Assembly (NCBI GenBank): GCA_963757605.1
Contig: CAVWSF010000002.1
Span: 146,619 to 210,618, forward strand
Reading direction: 5' to 3'
DNA length: 64,000 nt
Source of the DNA: an uncultured Actinomycetes bacterium
GTDB lineage: Bacteria > Actinomycetota > Thermoleophilia > Gaiellales > JAICJC01
The notes under the pieces were generated by a model. The model did not search any database. It had not been told where the DNA came from and saw only the letters and a list, made by a program, of their open reading frames with translations. Each line of letters begins with the position of its first letter. Positions within the stretch are counted from its first letter, which is position 1. Of the stretch, positions 26,654 to 39,748 are shown one piece after another. The translations under genes and the position numbers were made by a program.

Positions 26654-27982
26654 ATGCGAATGCGGCTTGCGATCATGCTGCTCGTCCTGGCCGGCCTGGC
26701 GGGCATCCCCCAAGCCGCCGCCGGTGCGGACGCCGGACGCCCGCTCGTCCTCGCCATCAAGCTCGACAGCGAGATCAACCCCGTCTCGGCGAGCTTCGTC
26801 AAGGACTCGATCGACCGCGCCAAGTCCGACCACGCCGCGGCGCTCGTCATCCTGCTCGACACGCCCGGCGGCCTCTCCACCTCGATGGAGGACATCTACA
26901 AGGCCGAGCTGGCAGCGCCGATGCCGGTGATCGTCTACGTCTCTCCCGACGGGGCCCGGGCCGCATCGGCAGGCGTGTACGTGACGATGGCCTCCGACGT
27001 CGCCGCGATGGCGCCCGTGACGAACATCGGCTCGGCCACGCCGATCAACTCGAACGGGTCGAACATCGGCAAGGACCTGCGCCGGAAGGTGCTGAACGAC
27101 GCCGAGAAGAAGGTGAAGGTGCTCGCCGACACCCACGGCCGAAACGGCGACGCGGCCGTCCTCACGGTCTCCAAGGCGGCCAACTACACGGCGAGCGAGG
27201 CGCTCGAGAAGAACCTGGTGGACTACGTCGAGCCCAGCCTGCCCGCCCTGCTCGACCGCATCGACGGGACGACCACGAGCTACAAGCACCTCACGCTGCA
27301 CACCGCGGGCGCCCAGATCGAGACCATCGACATGCCGTGGACGCTCAAGCTGCTCAACATCCTGATCGACCCCAACCTGCTGTTCCTGCTCTTCCTGGCC
27401 GGCATCGGCGGCATCGCCTACGAGGTCTTCCACCCCGGCGTGATCCTGCCCGGCACCCTCGGCGGGATCTCGCTCATCCTCGCCCTCTTTGGGTTCTCGG
27501 TCGTCCCGATCAACCTCGCAGGCGCCGCGCTCATCGTGTTCGGCGTCGCGCTCCTGGCCGTGGAGGGGTGGGTGACGAGCCACGGCCTCATCGGCATCTC
27601 GGGCGTGCTCGCCCTCTGTGCCGGCGGGCTCATGCTCTTCCGCACGCCGGGCTCGGGCGTGGGCGTGGACCCGGTGCTCGTGATCGCGATCGGGATCGTC
27701 TTCGGAGGCGGCCTGGCCTTCATCGCCACCAAGGTGATCGCCGCCCGCCAGCAGCCGGTCGGCGTCTACGGCGCCGGTGCGGCCGGGCTTCTCGGCCAGC
27801 GCGCGGTCGTCCGCGTGCCGCTTCGTCCGCGCGGACAGGTGTTCCTCCGCGGCGAGCTCTGGGAGGCCGAGGTCGAGGATTCCGAGATCGACAAGGGCGG
27901 CGAGGTGATCGTCGACAAGGTCGAAGGCCTTACCCTGCACGTCTCCCCCGCTCCACCCCCACCTGAAGGAGCCACCACGTGA
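26654..27982 (+). CDS. NfeD-like membrane-bound ClpP-class serine protease
   Basis: Has a signal peptide, LLDTPGGL, a GARAASAG protease core, a TM segment and a C-terminal OB-like NfeD domain. Confidence 0.85.
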   Translation: MRMRLAIMLLVLAGLAGIPQAAAGADAGRPLVLAIKLDSEINPVSASFVKDSIDRAKSDHAAALVILLDTPGGLSTSMEDIYKAELAAPMPVIVYVSPDGARAASAGVYVTMASDVAAMAPVTNIGSATPINSNGSNIGKDLRRKVLNDAEKKVKVLADTHGRNGDAAVLTVSKAANYTASEALEKNLVDYVEPSLPALLDRIDGTTTSYKHLTLHTAGAQIETIDMPWTLKLLNILIDPNLLFLLFLAGIGGIAYEVFHPGVILPGTLGGISLILALFGFSVVPINLAGAALIVFGVALLAVEGWVTSHGLIGISGVLALCAGGLMLFRTPGSGVGVDPVLVIAIGIVFGGGLAFIATKVIAARQQPVGVYGAGAAGLLGQRAVVRVPLRPRGQVFLRGELWEAEVEDSEIDKGGEVIVDKVEGLTLHVSPAPPPPEGATT

Positions 27983-28758
27983 TCGTCCTCGTTTCGCTCG
28001 CACCGTTCATCGCCCTGGCGGTCGTGCTCGTCTTCGTGATCGCCATCCTCGGCAGCTCCGTCCGGGTGCTGCGCGAGTACCAGCGCGGCGTCGTGTTCCG
28101 CCTCGGCCGCCTCCTGGGCGATCCGAAGGGCCCGGGCCTCTTCCTGCTCATCCCCATCGTCGACCGGATGGTGCAGGTCGACCTGCGGACGATCACCCTC
28201 GTGATCCCGCCGCAGGAGGTCATCACCAAGGACAACGTCCCCGCCCGCGTGAACGCGGTCGCCTACTTCCGGGTCGTGAACCCAGTCGCGGCGATCGTCG
28301 AGGTGGCCGACTTCGGCCTCGCGACGCTCCAGATCGCCCAGACCACCCTGCGATCGGTGCTCGGCCAGCACATGCTGGACGAGCTCCTCTCCGAGCGCGA
28401 CAAGATCAACCAGATCCTCCAGAAGATCATCGACGAGCAGACCGAGCCGTGGGGCATCAAGGTGAACGTCGTCGAGGTGAAGGACGTCGAGATCCCGACC
28501 GGCATGCAGCGGGCGATGGCCCGGCAGGCCGAGGCCGAGCGGGAGCGGCGCGCGAAGGTGATCTCGGCCGAGGGCGAGTACCAGGCGTCGACGAAGCTGG
28601 GCGAGGCCGCGGCTGTGATCAGCCAGAACCCGATCGCGCTCCAGCTGCGCTATCTCCAGACGCTGCTCGAGATCTCGGGCACCAACAACTCCACGACGAT
28701 CCTTCCGATCCCGATCGATCTCCTCCAGGCGCTCGGCACGAAGGTCGACCCCGAATAG
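27979..28758 (+). CDS. SPFH/stomatin (band 7) family protein
   Basis: Motifs [20 protein letters not shown] and [16 protein letters not shown]. The GTG start overlaps the nfeD stop (GTGA). Confidence 0.9.
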   Translation: MIVLVSLAPFIALAVVLVFVIAILGSSVRVLREYQRGVVFRLGRLLGDPKGPGLFLLIPIVDRMVQVDLRTITLVIPPQEVITKDNVPARVNAVAYFRVVNPVAAIVEVADFGLATLQIAQTTLRSVLGQHMLDELLSERDKINQILQKIIDEQTEPWGIKVNVVEVKDVEIPTGMQRAMARQAEAERERRAKVISAEGEYQASTKLGEAAAVISQNPIALQLRYLQTLLEISGTNNSTTILPIPIDLLQALGTKVDPE

Positions 28759-29627
28759 ACGTCCGCACGAACCCGCTCACGGGCGTCCCCGTCGTTCTCG
28801 CACCGGGCCGCTCGCGCCGCCCGGGCGCGCAGGGGCGCACGACCCGGATCGCCGACGCCGCGACCTGCCCGTTCTGCGAGGGCCACGAGGAGATGACGCC
28901 CCCTGAGGTGCAGGCGTTCGGCAGGCCGGAGGGCGCCGCGGCCGACTCGCCCGGCTGGACGGTGCGGGTCGTCCCGAACAAGTTCCCGGCCATCCCCGGC
29001 CAGGAGGTCGTGATCCACGGGCCGGCACACGTCCTCTCGTTCGCGGAGCTGCCGGCCGACGTGCTGGAGACGACCGCCGAAGCCTGGCGGACACGGCGGG
29101 CGGCGCACGCCGACGCGGCCTGGACGGCGGTCGCCGTGAACGAGGGGCCGGCGGCGGGCGCCTCGCTCGACCATTCCCACTCGCAGATCGTGCCCTTGCC
29201 GGAGATCCCGCCCGTCGTTCGGGCGCAGGCGGAAGCGCTCAGCGACGGATGCGCGCTCTGCCGGGCGCTCGGGGTCGAGGACGCGCGCACCGTGCGCTAC
29301 GCCGACGGGCTGCGCACGATCGCGCCCGCCTGGAGCCGGTTCGCCTACGAGCTCTGGATCGCACCCGACGTGCACACGGCCGAGCCCGGTTGGGAGGACC
29401 TCGCCACAGCGCTCGCCGACGCCGTCCGCCGCCTGCGGGCCGTGGTCGGGACCGACCTGGCGTGGAACTGCGTCGTCTACGCGGCGCCGGCGGGCCTGGA
29501 CAGCTGGCACTGGCACGCCGAGGTGTGGCCGCGCCTGACGGTGCCCGCTGCTGCCGAGCTGGGCGCCGGCCTGTGGATCAACATCGTCGACCCGGACGTC
29601 GCGGCGGTCGAGCTCCGCGCCGCCTGA
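28758..29627 (+). CDS. Galactose-1-phosphate uridylyltransferase-like (GalT/HIT family) protein; start codon unresolved
   Basis: Motifs RTNPLTGVPVVLAPGRSRRP, the zinc motif CPFCEGHE, VVPNKFPA and the catalytic HSHSQ. The stop is firm. There is no ATG/GTG/TTG in frame between 28449 and the conserved N terminus. Confidence 0.65.
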   Translation, partial: DVRTNPLTGVPVVLAPGRSRRPGAQGRTTRIADAATCPFCEGHEEMTPPEVQAFGRPEGAAADSPGWTVRVVPNKFPAIPGQEVVIHGPAHVLSFAELPADVLETTAEAWRTRRAAHADAAWTAVAVNEGPAAGASLDHSHSQIVPLPEIPPVVRAQAEALSDGCALCRALGVEDARTVRYADGLRTIAPAWSRFAYELWIAPDVHTAEPGWEDLATALADAVRRLRAVVGTDLAWNCVVYAAPAGLDSWHWHAEVWPRLTVPAAAELGAGLWINIVDPDVAAVELRAA

Positions 29628-30620
29628 TCACCACAGCATGTAGCGCCGCCGGCCGAGCTCGAGCCGGGGATCGAGCCGCACGGCGACGATGTCGGCGAGG
29701 ACGTTCAGGATGATCACCGCCGCTGCGACGACCGTGATCACGCCGAGGATCACCGGCAGGTCGAGGCCGACGATCCCCACCTGGGCCTGGATCGCCGTGT
29801 TCCCGAGGCCGGGGAGCCCGAACACCACCTCGATGTAGATCGCCGCCACGAGCGCCGCGCCGGCGTCCATGGCGAGCATCGCGACCAGCGTCGGGAACAC
29901 GAGCGGCAGGACGTGCGACCAGACGACGACGCGCTCGCTCGCACCCTTGGCGCGGGCGACGACCACGTGCTGCTCGTCGAGCGTCTCGAGCACGCGGGCG
30001 CGCACCATCCGCACGTAGAGCGGGAGCAGAAAGAGCGCGAACGTGATCCACGGCAGCGCCAGATGGGCCGACCACGCCATGGGACCGGTACACGGGCCGC
30101 CCGGAACGAGGCCGCAGTACCCGTCGGCCGGCGCCACGCCCAGGTGCTTGGCGAAGGCCCACCGCAGGAGCAGGCCGACCGCGAGCGGATGCAGCGCGAT
30201 CCCGATCAGCGGCAGCGTCGCCACGATCCGGTCGACGGCGGTGTGGGGCCGCGTGGCGCAGTAGACGCCGAGCACGAGCGAGACGGCGCCGAGCAGCGCG
30301 ACGCCGCCCAACACGATCGACGCCGTGACGGGCAGGGACGCGCGCACGATCGAGAGCACCGGCTCCTGCGTCGCGTATGACCGGCCGAGGTCGCCGTGCG
30401 CGAGCCGCGACACGTACTTGGCGTACTGGACGTAGATGGGGCGGTCGATGCCCAGCGTGTGATCGGCCGCCTTGAGGTCGGCGGTGGTCGGATGGGGAAC
30501 GGTCACGATGAAGCGGCCGGGGTCCTGCGGGATGGTGAAGAAGACGACGTAGGTGACCAGCGTCAGAAGGAGCAGCAGGAGGACACCGCCTGCGATCCGG
30601 CGAACGACGAAGGCCGCCAC
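29628..30620 (-). CDS. ABC transporter permease, DppB/OppB type
   Basis: Begins FVVRRIAGGVLLLLLLTLVTYVVFF. Contains the EAA-loop region ARAKGASERVV. GTG 30620 lies 2 nt after the upstream stop. Confidence 0.8.
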   Translation of the reverse strand: MAAFVVRRIAGGVLLLLLLTLVTYVVFFTIPQDPGRFIVTVPHPTTADLKAADHTLGIDRPIYVQYAKYVSRLAHGDLGRSYATQEPVLSIVRASLPVTASIVLGGVALLGAVSLVLGVYCATRPHTAVDRIVATLPLIGIALHPLAVGLLLRWAFAKHLGVAPADGYCGLVPGGPCTGPMAWSAHLALPWITFALFLLPLYVRMVRARVLETLDEQHVVVARAKGASERVVVWSHVLPLVFPTLVAMLAMDAGAALVAAIYIEVVFGLPGLGNTAIQAQVGIVGLDLPVILGVITVVAAAVIILNVLADIVAVRLDPRLELGRRRYMLW

Positions 30621-30622
30621 CG

Positions 30623-31669
30623 CTACCTGGCCCTCGGATCGAAGGCCTTGCGCAGCTGCTCGCCAACGAGCACCGCCGCGACCAGGGTGAGCAGGATGGC
30701 GACGCTGGGAAAGACCGCCGTCCACAGCCTGGGCTCGAGCGCGACGTAGTGCCCCGGCTGGATGAGGGTGCCGAAGTTGGTCGCGAGCATGTTGCCCCAG
30801 CTTGGTGTTGGCGGCTGGATGCCCGCCCCGAGCAGCGAGATCGACGCCTCGAGCATGATGTTCGTGGCGAGGATGATCGTCGAGTAGACGGCGAGCGGCC
30901 CGATCAGATGGGGCGCCATGTGCCCGAAGAGGATGCGCCGGTGGGAGGCGCCGACCATCCGCGCCCCCTCGACGAACGGCTGCTCGCTCAAGGTCATCAC
31001 CTGGACGCGGACGATGCGGGCGGGATAGAAGCAGGTCAAGACGCCGACGAACCCGGCGAGGCCGACCACCCCCGGCTGCAGCGCGCCGCCGAGCGTGACG
31101 CCGGCGAACCGGTCGCTGGCGCTGCTTCCGATCGCGATTGCGACCAGGATGACCGGGAACGCCATGAGGAAGTCGATGGCGCGGAGCACGACGCCGTCCA
31201 CCAGCCCGCCGAAGTAGCCGCCGAGAGCGCCGAGGATCGTCCCGAGGAGCATCGCGACGATCGTCGCGCCCACCGCCACTTCGAGGGATGTCTGGCCGCC
31301 GTAGAGCAGCCGCAGGAGCTCGTCCCTGCCCACGTAGCCGTCGGAGCCGAGCACGAAGAGCGTTGTCCCCTCCGTATGGGCGTAGGACTCGTCGAGGTTG
31401 CGAACGTGCGTCCACGGGCCGGCCGGCAGGCCGTCGCTCACCGAGTGGAGGAAGACGTCGTTGGGGCCGTGGCCGAGCAGATGCGCCGCAAGCGGCGCGC
31501 CGGCGAATATCCCGAGGACGACGACCATGAGCAGCGCGAAGCTCAGGATCGCCACCGGGTCGTGCAGCAGCCGGTGGAGAATGTGGGCCCACGACGACCG
31601 CGCCGCGACGGCGGGCTCCGGCACGCCGGGGCCCGTCGCGACAGCGGCTCTGGCCGGCGGCGGCATCAC
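30623..31669 (-). CDS. ABC transporter permease, DppC/OppC type
   Basis: Has an OppC_N-like N terminus and a BPD_transp_1 core ..LLGTILGALGGYFGG..DFLMAFP..EGARMVGAS.. Confidence 0.8.
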   Translation of the reverse strand: MMPPPARAAVATGPGVPEPAVAARSSWAHILHRLLHDPVAILSFALLMVVVLGIFAGAPLAAHLLGHGPNDVFLHSVSDGLPAGPWTHVRNLDESYAHTEGTTLFVLGSDGYVGRDELLRLLYGGQTSLEVAVGATIVAMLLGTILGALGGYFGGLVDGVVLRAIDFLMAFPVILVAIAIGSSASDRFAGVTLGGALQPGVVGLAGFVGVLTCFYPARIVRVQVMTLSEQPFVEGARMVGASHRRILFGHMAPHLIGPLAVYSTIILATNIMLEASISLLGAGIQPPTPSWGNMLATNFGTLIQPGHYVALEPRLWTAVFPSVAILLTLVAAVLVGEQLRKAFDPRAR

Positions 31670-31712
31670 CCGTAGGACGGGCCCGCCGAACGAGGGTTAG
31701 GCGGCGCGGGCG

Positions 31713-32003
31713 CTAGCCGCGCGATCGGCGGGCCTGAAACTCGCGCGCGGCCTCGATCGCGGCCGGGAGTGTCATGCCCTTGTCCTTGGCCTGCTTGATC
31801 AGCATGACCAGCTCCACCGAGTGCATGTCGTACGTGCGCTGCTTGTTCCCGCGCGTCTCGATCCCGCCCTTGGTCGTCCAGTAGTCGAGCTGCATCTTCG
31901 AGATGCCGGCGACCGCGCACACCTGCCCCAGATACAGGTCGAGCTGGTCGAGCCGGGCCGGGATGTCGACCGGCTCGAGGAGATCCGCTTGGCGCATGTG
32001 CAA
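31713..32003 (-). CDS. MerR-family helix-turn-helix regulator (small)
   Basis: The HTH is YLGQVCAVAGISKMQLDYWTTKG. 96 aa. It begins 9 nt after the gyrA stop. Confidence 0.65.
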   Translation of the reverse strand: MHMRQADLLEPVDIPARLDQLDLYLGQVCAVAGISKMQLDYWTTKGGIETRGNKQRTYDMHSVELVMLIKQAKDKGMTLPAAIEAAREFQARRSRG

Positions 32004-32012
32004 CAGATTTCG

Positions 32013-34505
<2,493 letters not shown>

Positions 34506-34528
34506 GTCAGATCACCCGCTCCATGACC

Positions 34529-37000
<2,472 letters not shown>

Positions 37001-37011
37001 TCAAGAACGTG

Positions 37012-37314
37012 TCACGAAGTGGACGCGCGGGGCACGTCCCCGACCTCGAACCGAAGCTCGAGCGGACGGCCCGCGAGCACAGCGATCCGGGGCGCCAGAT
37101 CGCGCCGGAGCATGGCGAGCTCCCCGGCCCAGGGAGCCGAGGCGCACACGATCACGAGCGCGTCGCCGGAGAGCCTGCCAGGGTAGGAGCCGGCCGCGGC
37201 GGCGGTCCCCACGAGCTCGGCCCAGGCCGCGCGCACGGCCGCCACCTCGGGCTCGACCTGCGGCGGCCGGCGGCCGAGCACGAGGTCGGGGCGGATCTGC
37301 TCGAGGTCGCTCAT
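37012..37314 (-). CDS. DUF721 (DciA-like) protein
   Basis: A 100-aa ORF in the conserved recF-gyrB slot. The pattern ..AAWAELVG..G..L.V...S..WA.EL is typical of DUF721. The ATG overlaps the recF stop (ATGA). Confidence 0.6.
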   Translation of the reverse strand: MSDLEQIRPDLVLGRRPPQVEPEVAAVRAAWAELVGTAAAAGSYPGRLSGDALVIVCASAPWAGELAMLRRDLAPRIAVLAGRPLELRFEVGDVPRASTS

Positions 37315-38387
37315 GCCGCCCGCGCCACCCCGTCGGAGACCCTGACGACGGCCGTGGCGCGGCCGCCAAGGTCGGACTCGTCGGTCGACGTGAGGATCGC
37401 CTGGTCGAAGCGCGCCACCGCATCGAGCAGGAGCGCGCGCCGATGGGCGTCGAACTCGCCGGTGACGTCGTCGAGGAGCAGCAGCGGCAGCTCGTCGCGT
37501 TCCTCCGCGAGCAGATCGGCCTCGGCCAGGATCAGGCCGAGCAGCATCCGCCGCTGCTCGCCCTGCGATCCGTAGCGGCGGATGTCGCGCCCGGACTCGC
37601 GCAGGTCGACGTCGTCAAGGTGGGGCCCGCGGCCCGTCGAGCCGCGGTCGGCGTCGCGCCGGCGCGACGCGCCAAGCGCCTCCAGGAGCTCGGGCCCGGC
37701 GGCGTTTGCGACGAGCTCGAGCGGCACGTCGCCGGGCTCGCCGCCCAACTCCCCCAGCCGCTCACAGAGGCGGGGAAGCAGGCGCGAGCACAGCCGCTCG
37801 CGGGCGGCCACGAGCTCGGCGCCGGCGGCCGCGAGCACGCCGTCCCAGGCATCCAGGCCGTCGGGCGACGCGGCCCCGGCCCGGATGCGGCGGAGCAGGT
37901 GATTTCGCTGGACGAGCGCCCGCCCGTAGGCCGCCGGCACATCGCCCAGCGCGGGCCACAGCCGCACGACGGCCCGGTCGAGCCAGGCCCGCCGTAGCGC
38001 CGGCGGTCCCTGGACGAGCCGCAGGCGGTCAGGCGTGAAGACGAGGACCGGGAAGCGGGCCAGGAGCGCGGCCACTGACCGCTCGGGCGCGCCGGCGACG
38101 GTCACCCGCTTGGGCTCACCGGGCCGGAATCCGACCTCGCTCGTCACCGGGCCGCTGCGCAGGTGGGCGTCGACCTCGACCCGGGTGACGTCGGAGCCGA
38201 ACCGGATCACCTGCGACTCGGTGCTCGTGCGCGGCGAGTAGCCCGCGCAGCCGAAGTGGATCATCTCGATCAGGCTCGTCTTGCCGGCGCCGTTCGGGCC
38301 GACGACGCCCACGAGCCCCTCGGAGAACGCGACGTCGACCCGGGCGTAGCACCGGAAGGCGGTGCCGCGCGCCGCCGCGACCCGCAC
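37311..38387 (-). CDS. recF: DNA replication and repair protein RecF
   Basis: Walker A is GPNGAGKTSL, with the signature SQGEQR and LLLDDV. It follows dnaN. Confidence 0.92.
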   Translation of the reverse strand: MRVAAARGTAFRCYARVDVAFSEGLVGVVGPNGAGKTSLIEMIHFGCAGYSPRTSTESQVIRFGSDVTRVEVDAHLRSGPVTSEVGFRPGEPKRVTVAGAPERSVAALLARFPVLVFTPDRLRLVQGPPALRRAWLDRAVVRLWPALGDVPAAYGRALVQRNHLLRRIRAGAASPDGLDAWDGVLAAAGAELVAARERLCSRLLPRLCERLGELGGEPGDVPLELVANAAGPELLEALGASRRRDADRGSTGRGPHLDDVDLRESGRDIRRYGSQGEQRRMLLGLILAEADLLAEERDELPLLLLDDVTGEFDAHRRALLLDAVARFDQAILTSTDESDLGGRATAVVRVSDGVARAA

Positions 38388-38388
38388 G

Positions 38389-39498
38389 TCAGGTCGAGAG
38401 CCTGATCGGCATGATCAGGTACGAGAAGCTGCCGTCCTCCCCCTGGACAAGGCCGGGCCGCAGCGGGCTCGTGAGCTTGAGCTTGACGGTGTCGCCCTCG
38501 ACGCTCTCGATGCCGTCGCGCAGGAACTCGGCGTTGAAGCCGATCTCCATCGGCTCGCCGTGGAAATCGACCGGCATCGACTCGTGCGCCTCGCCGACGT
38601 CCTGCGTCTGGGCGCTCACGGTCAGCTGCCCCTGCTGGAACGCGAGCCTGAGCGGCAGCGCCCGGTGGGTCATGAGCACCGAGGAGGTGCGGCGGACGAC
38701 GTCCAGGAGTTCCTCGCGAGACGCCGGGATCTCGTGGTCGAACGTCTGCGGCACGAGCTGGCGATAGTTCGGGAACTGGCCGTCGATCCGGCGGGCCGAG
38801 AGCGAGACGCCGTCGACGCCGAACACGATCTGGTTCTCGCCGATCGAGACGTCGATGGTGTCGGCGGCCGCGGCGGTCGCGATCCGGGAGAGCTCCAAGA
38901 GCGCCCGCGCCGGGACGATGGCCTGGGCGTCGCCTCCGGAGCCGGGCAGCGCCGCCTCCTTGACGGACAGCCGATAGGAGTCGGTCGCGGCCATCGTGAC
39001 CGTGCCGTCGCCGAACTCGACGAGGACGCCGGTCAGGACCGGGCGCGACTCGTCCTTGGACGCGGCCCGGGCGACGTGGTTGATGGTCGTCACGAACGCG
39101 GTGCGGTCGACCGCGAACGCCGGCCCCGATGCCTCGGGCAGGTGGGGGAAGTCCTCGGCTCCCTGGGAGTGCAGCGTGTACTCGCTCGGCCCGCAGCTGA
39201 GCTTGACCGCGCCGCTCCCCGCGGCTTGCTCGAGCGTCACCGGCTGGGTCGGAAGCGCCCGCACGATCTCGAGCAGGAGCCGGCCCGTGAGCACCGTCGA
39301 GCCGGGCTCTGCCACCTCGGCCTGGAGCCCCGCACGCACCGAGAGCTCCATGTCGGTCGCGGCCAGCTCGACCAGTCCGCCGGCCTCCGCGCGGATCAGG
39401 ATCCCCGAGAGGATCTGGACGGTCGAGCGCTGCGAGACCCCGCGAGCGACGATCTGCAAGCGGTTCAGCAGGTCTTCCTGGGGACAGACGATCTTCAT
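38389..39498 (-). CDS. dnaN: DNA polymerase III beta sliding clamp
   Basis: 369 aa with three-domain clamp architecture ending ..YLIMPIRL. Confidence 0.95.
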   Translation of the reverse strand: MKIVCPQEDLLNRLQIVARGVSQRSTVQILSGILIRAEAGGLVELAATDMELSVRAGLQAEVAEPGSTVLTGRLLLEIVRALPTQPVTLEQAAGSGAVKLSCGPSEYTLHSQGAEDFPHLPEASGPAFAVDRTAFVTTINHVARAASKDESRPVLTGVLVEFGDGTVTMAATDSYRLSVKEAALPGSGGDAQAIVPARALLELSRIATAAAADTIDVSIGENQIVFGVDGVSLSARRIDGQFPNYRQLVPQTFDHEIPASREELLDVVRRTSSVLMTHRALPLRLAFQQGQLTVSAQTQDVGEAHESMPVDFHGEPMEIGFNAEFLRDGIESVEGDTVKLKLTSPLRPGLVQGEDGSFSYLIMPIRLST

Positions 39499-39748
39499 TC
39501 GGTCGAGCTCCTCGGTGCCACGATCATCACTGTCTTCTTTAAGAAAGAGAGGTTATAGGAGTAGGGGCTGCGAATCATGCGGAGAACGTCGGACGGACCG
39601 CTCTGGCAGCGGCCCGGCGATGCGGAGAACCCCGGGGAGTGAGACGGCCGGATCTTCACATCTTCCACACCGGCGTGACAGGTGAGCCGGCGGCTGCGCA
39701 GAACGCACGGGTTCCACACAGCTTTCCCACAGGCCGGCTGGAGAACGC
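39499..39748. other. Candidate oriC module: DnaA-box cluster plus AT-rich tract (dnaA-dnaN spacer)
   Basis: Boxes TCTTCCACA (39661-39669) and GGTTCCACA (39710-39718) share one orientation. Weaker boxes are ATCTTCACA (39652-39660) and TTTCCCACA (39723-39731). An AT-rich tract TCTTCTTTAAGAAAGAGAGGTTATAGGAGTA lies at about 39531-39563. Confidence 0.55.

Noticed and set aside
28449-28757. GTG 28449 as the start of the GalT-like gene (the 392-aa track ORF).
   Set aside because: It would add 103 Arg/Gly/Asp-rich residues read out of frame across the stomatin 3' half. The conserved GalT N terminus begins only after the stomatin stop.
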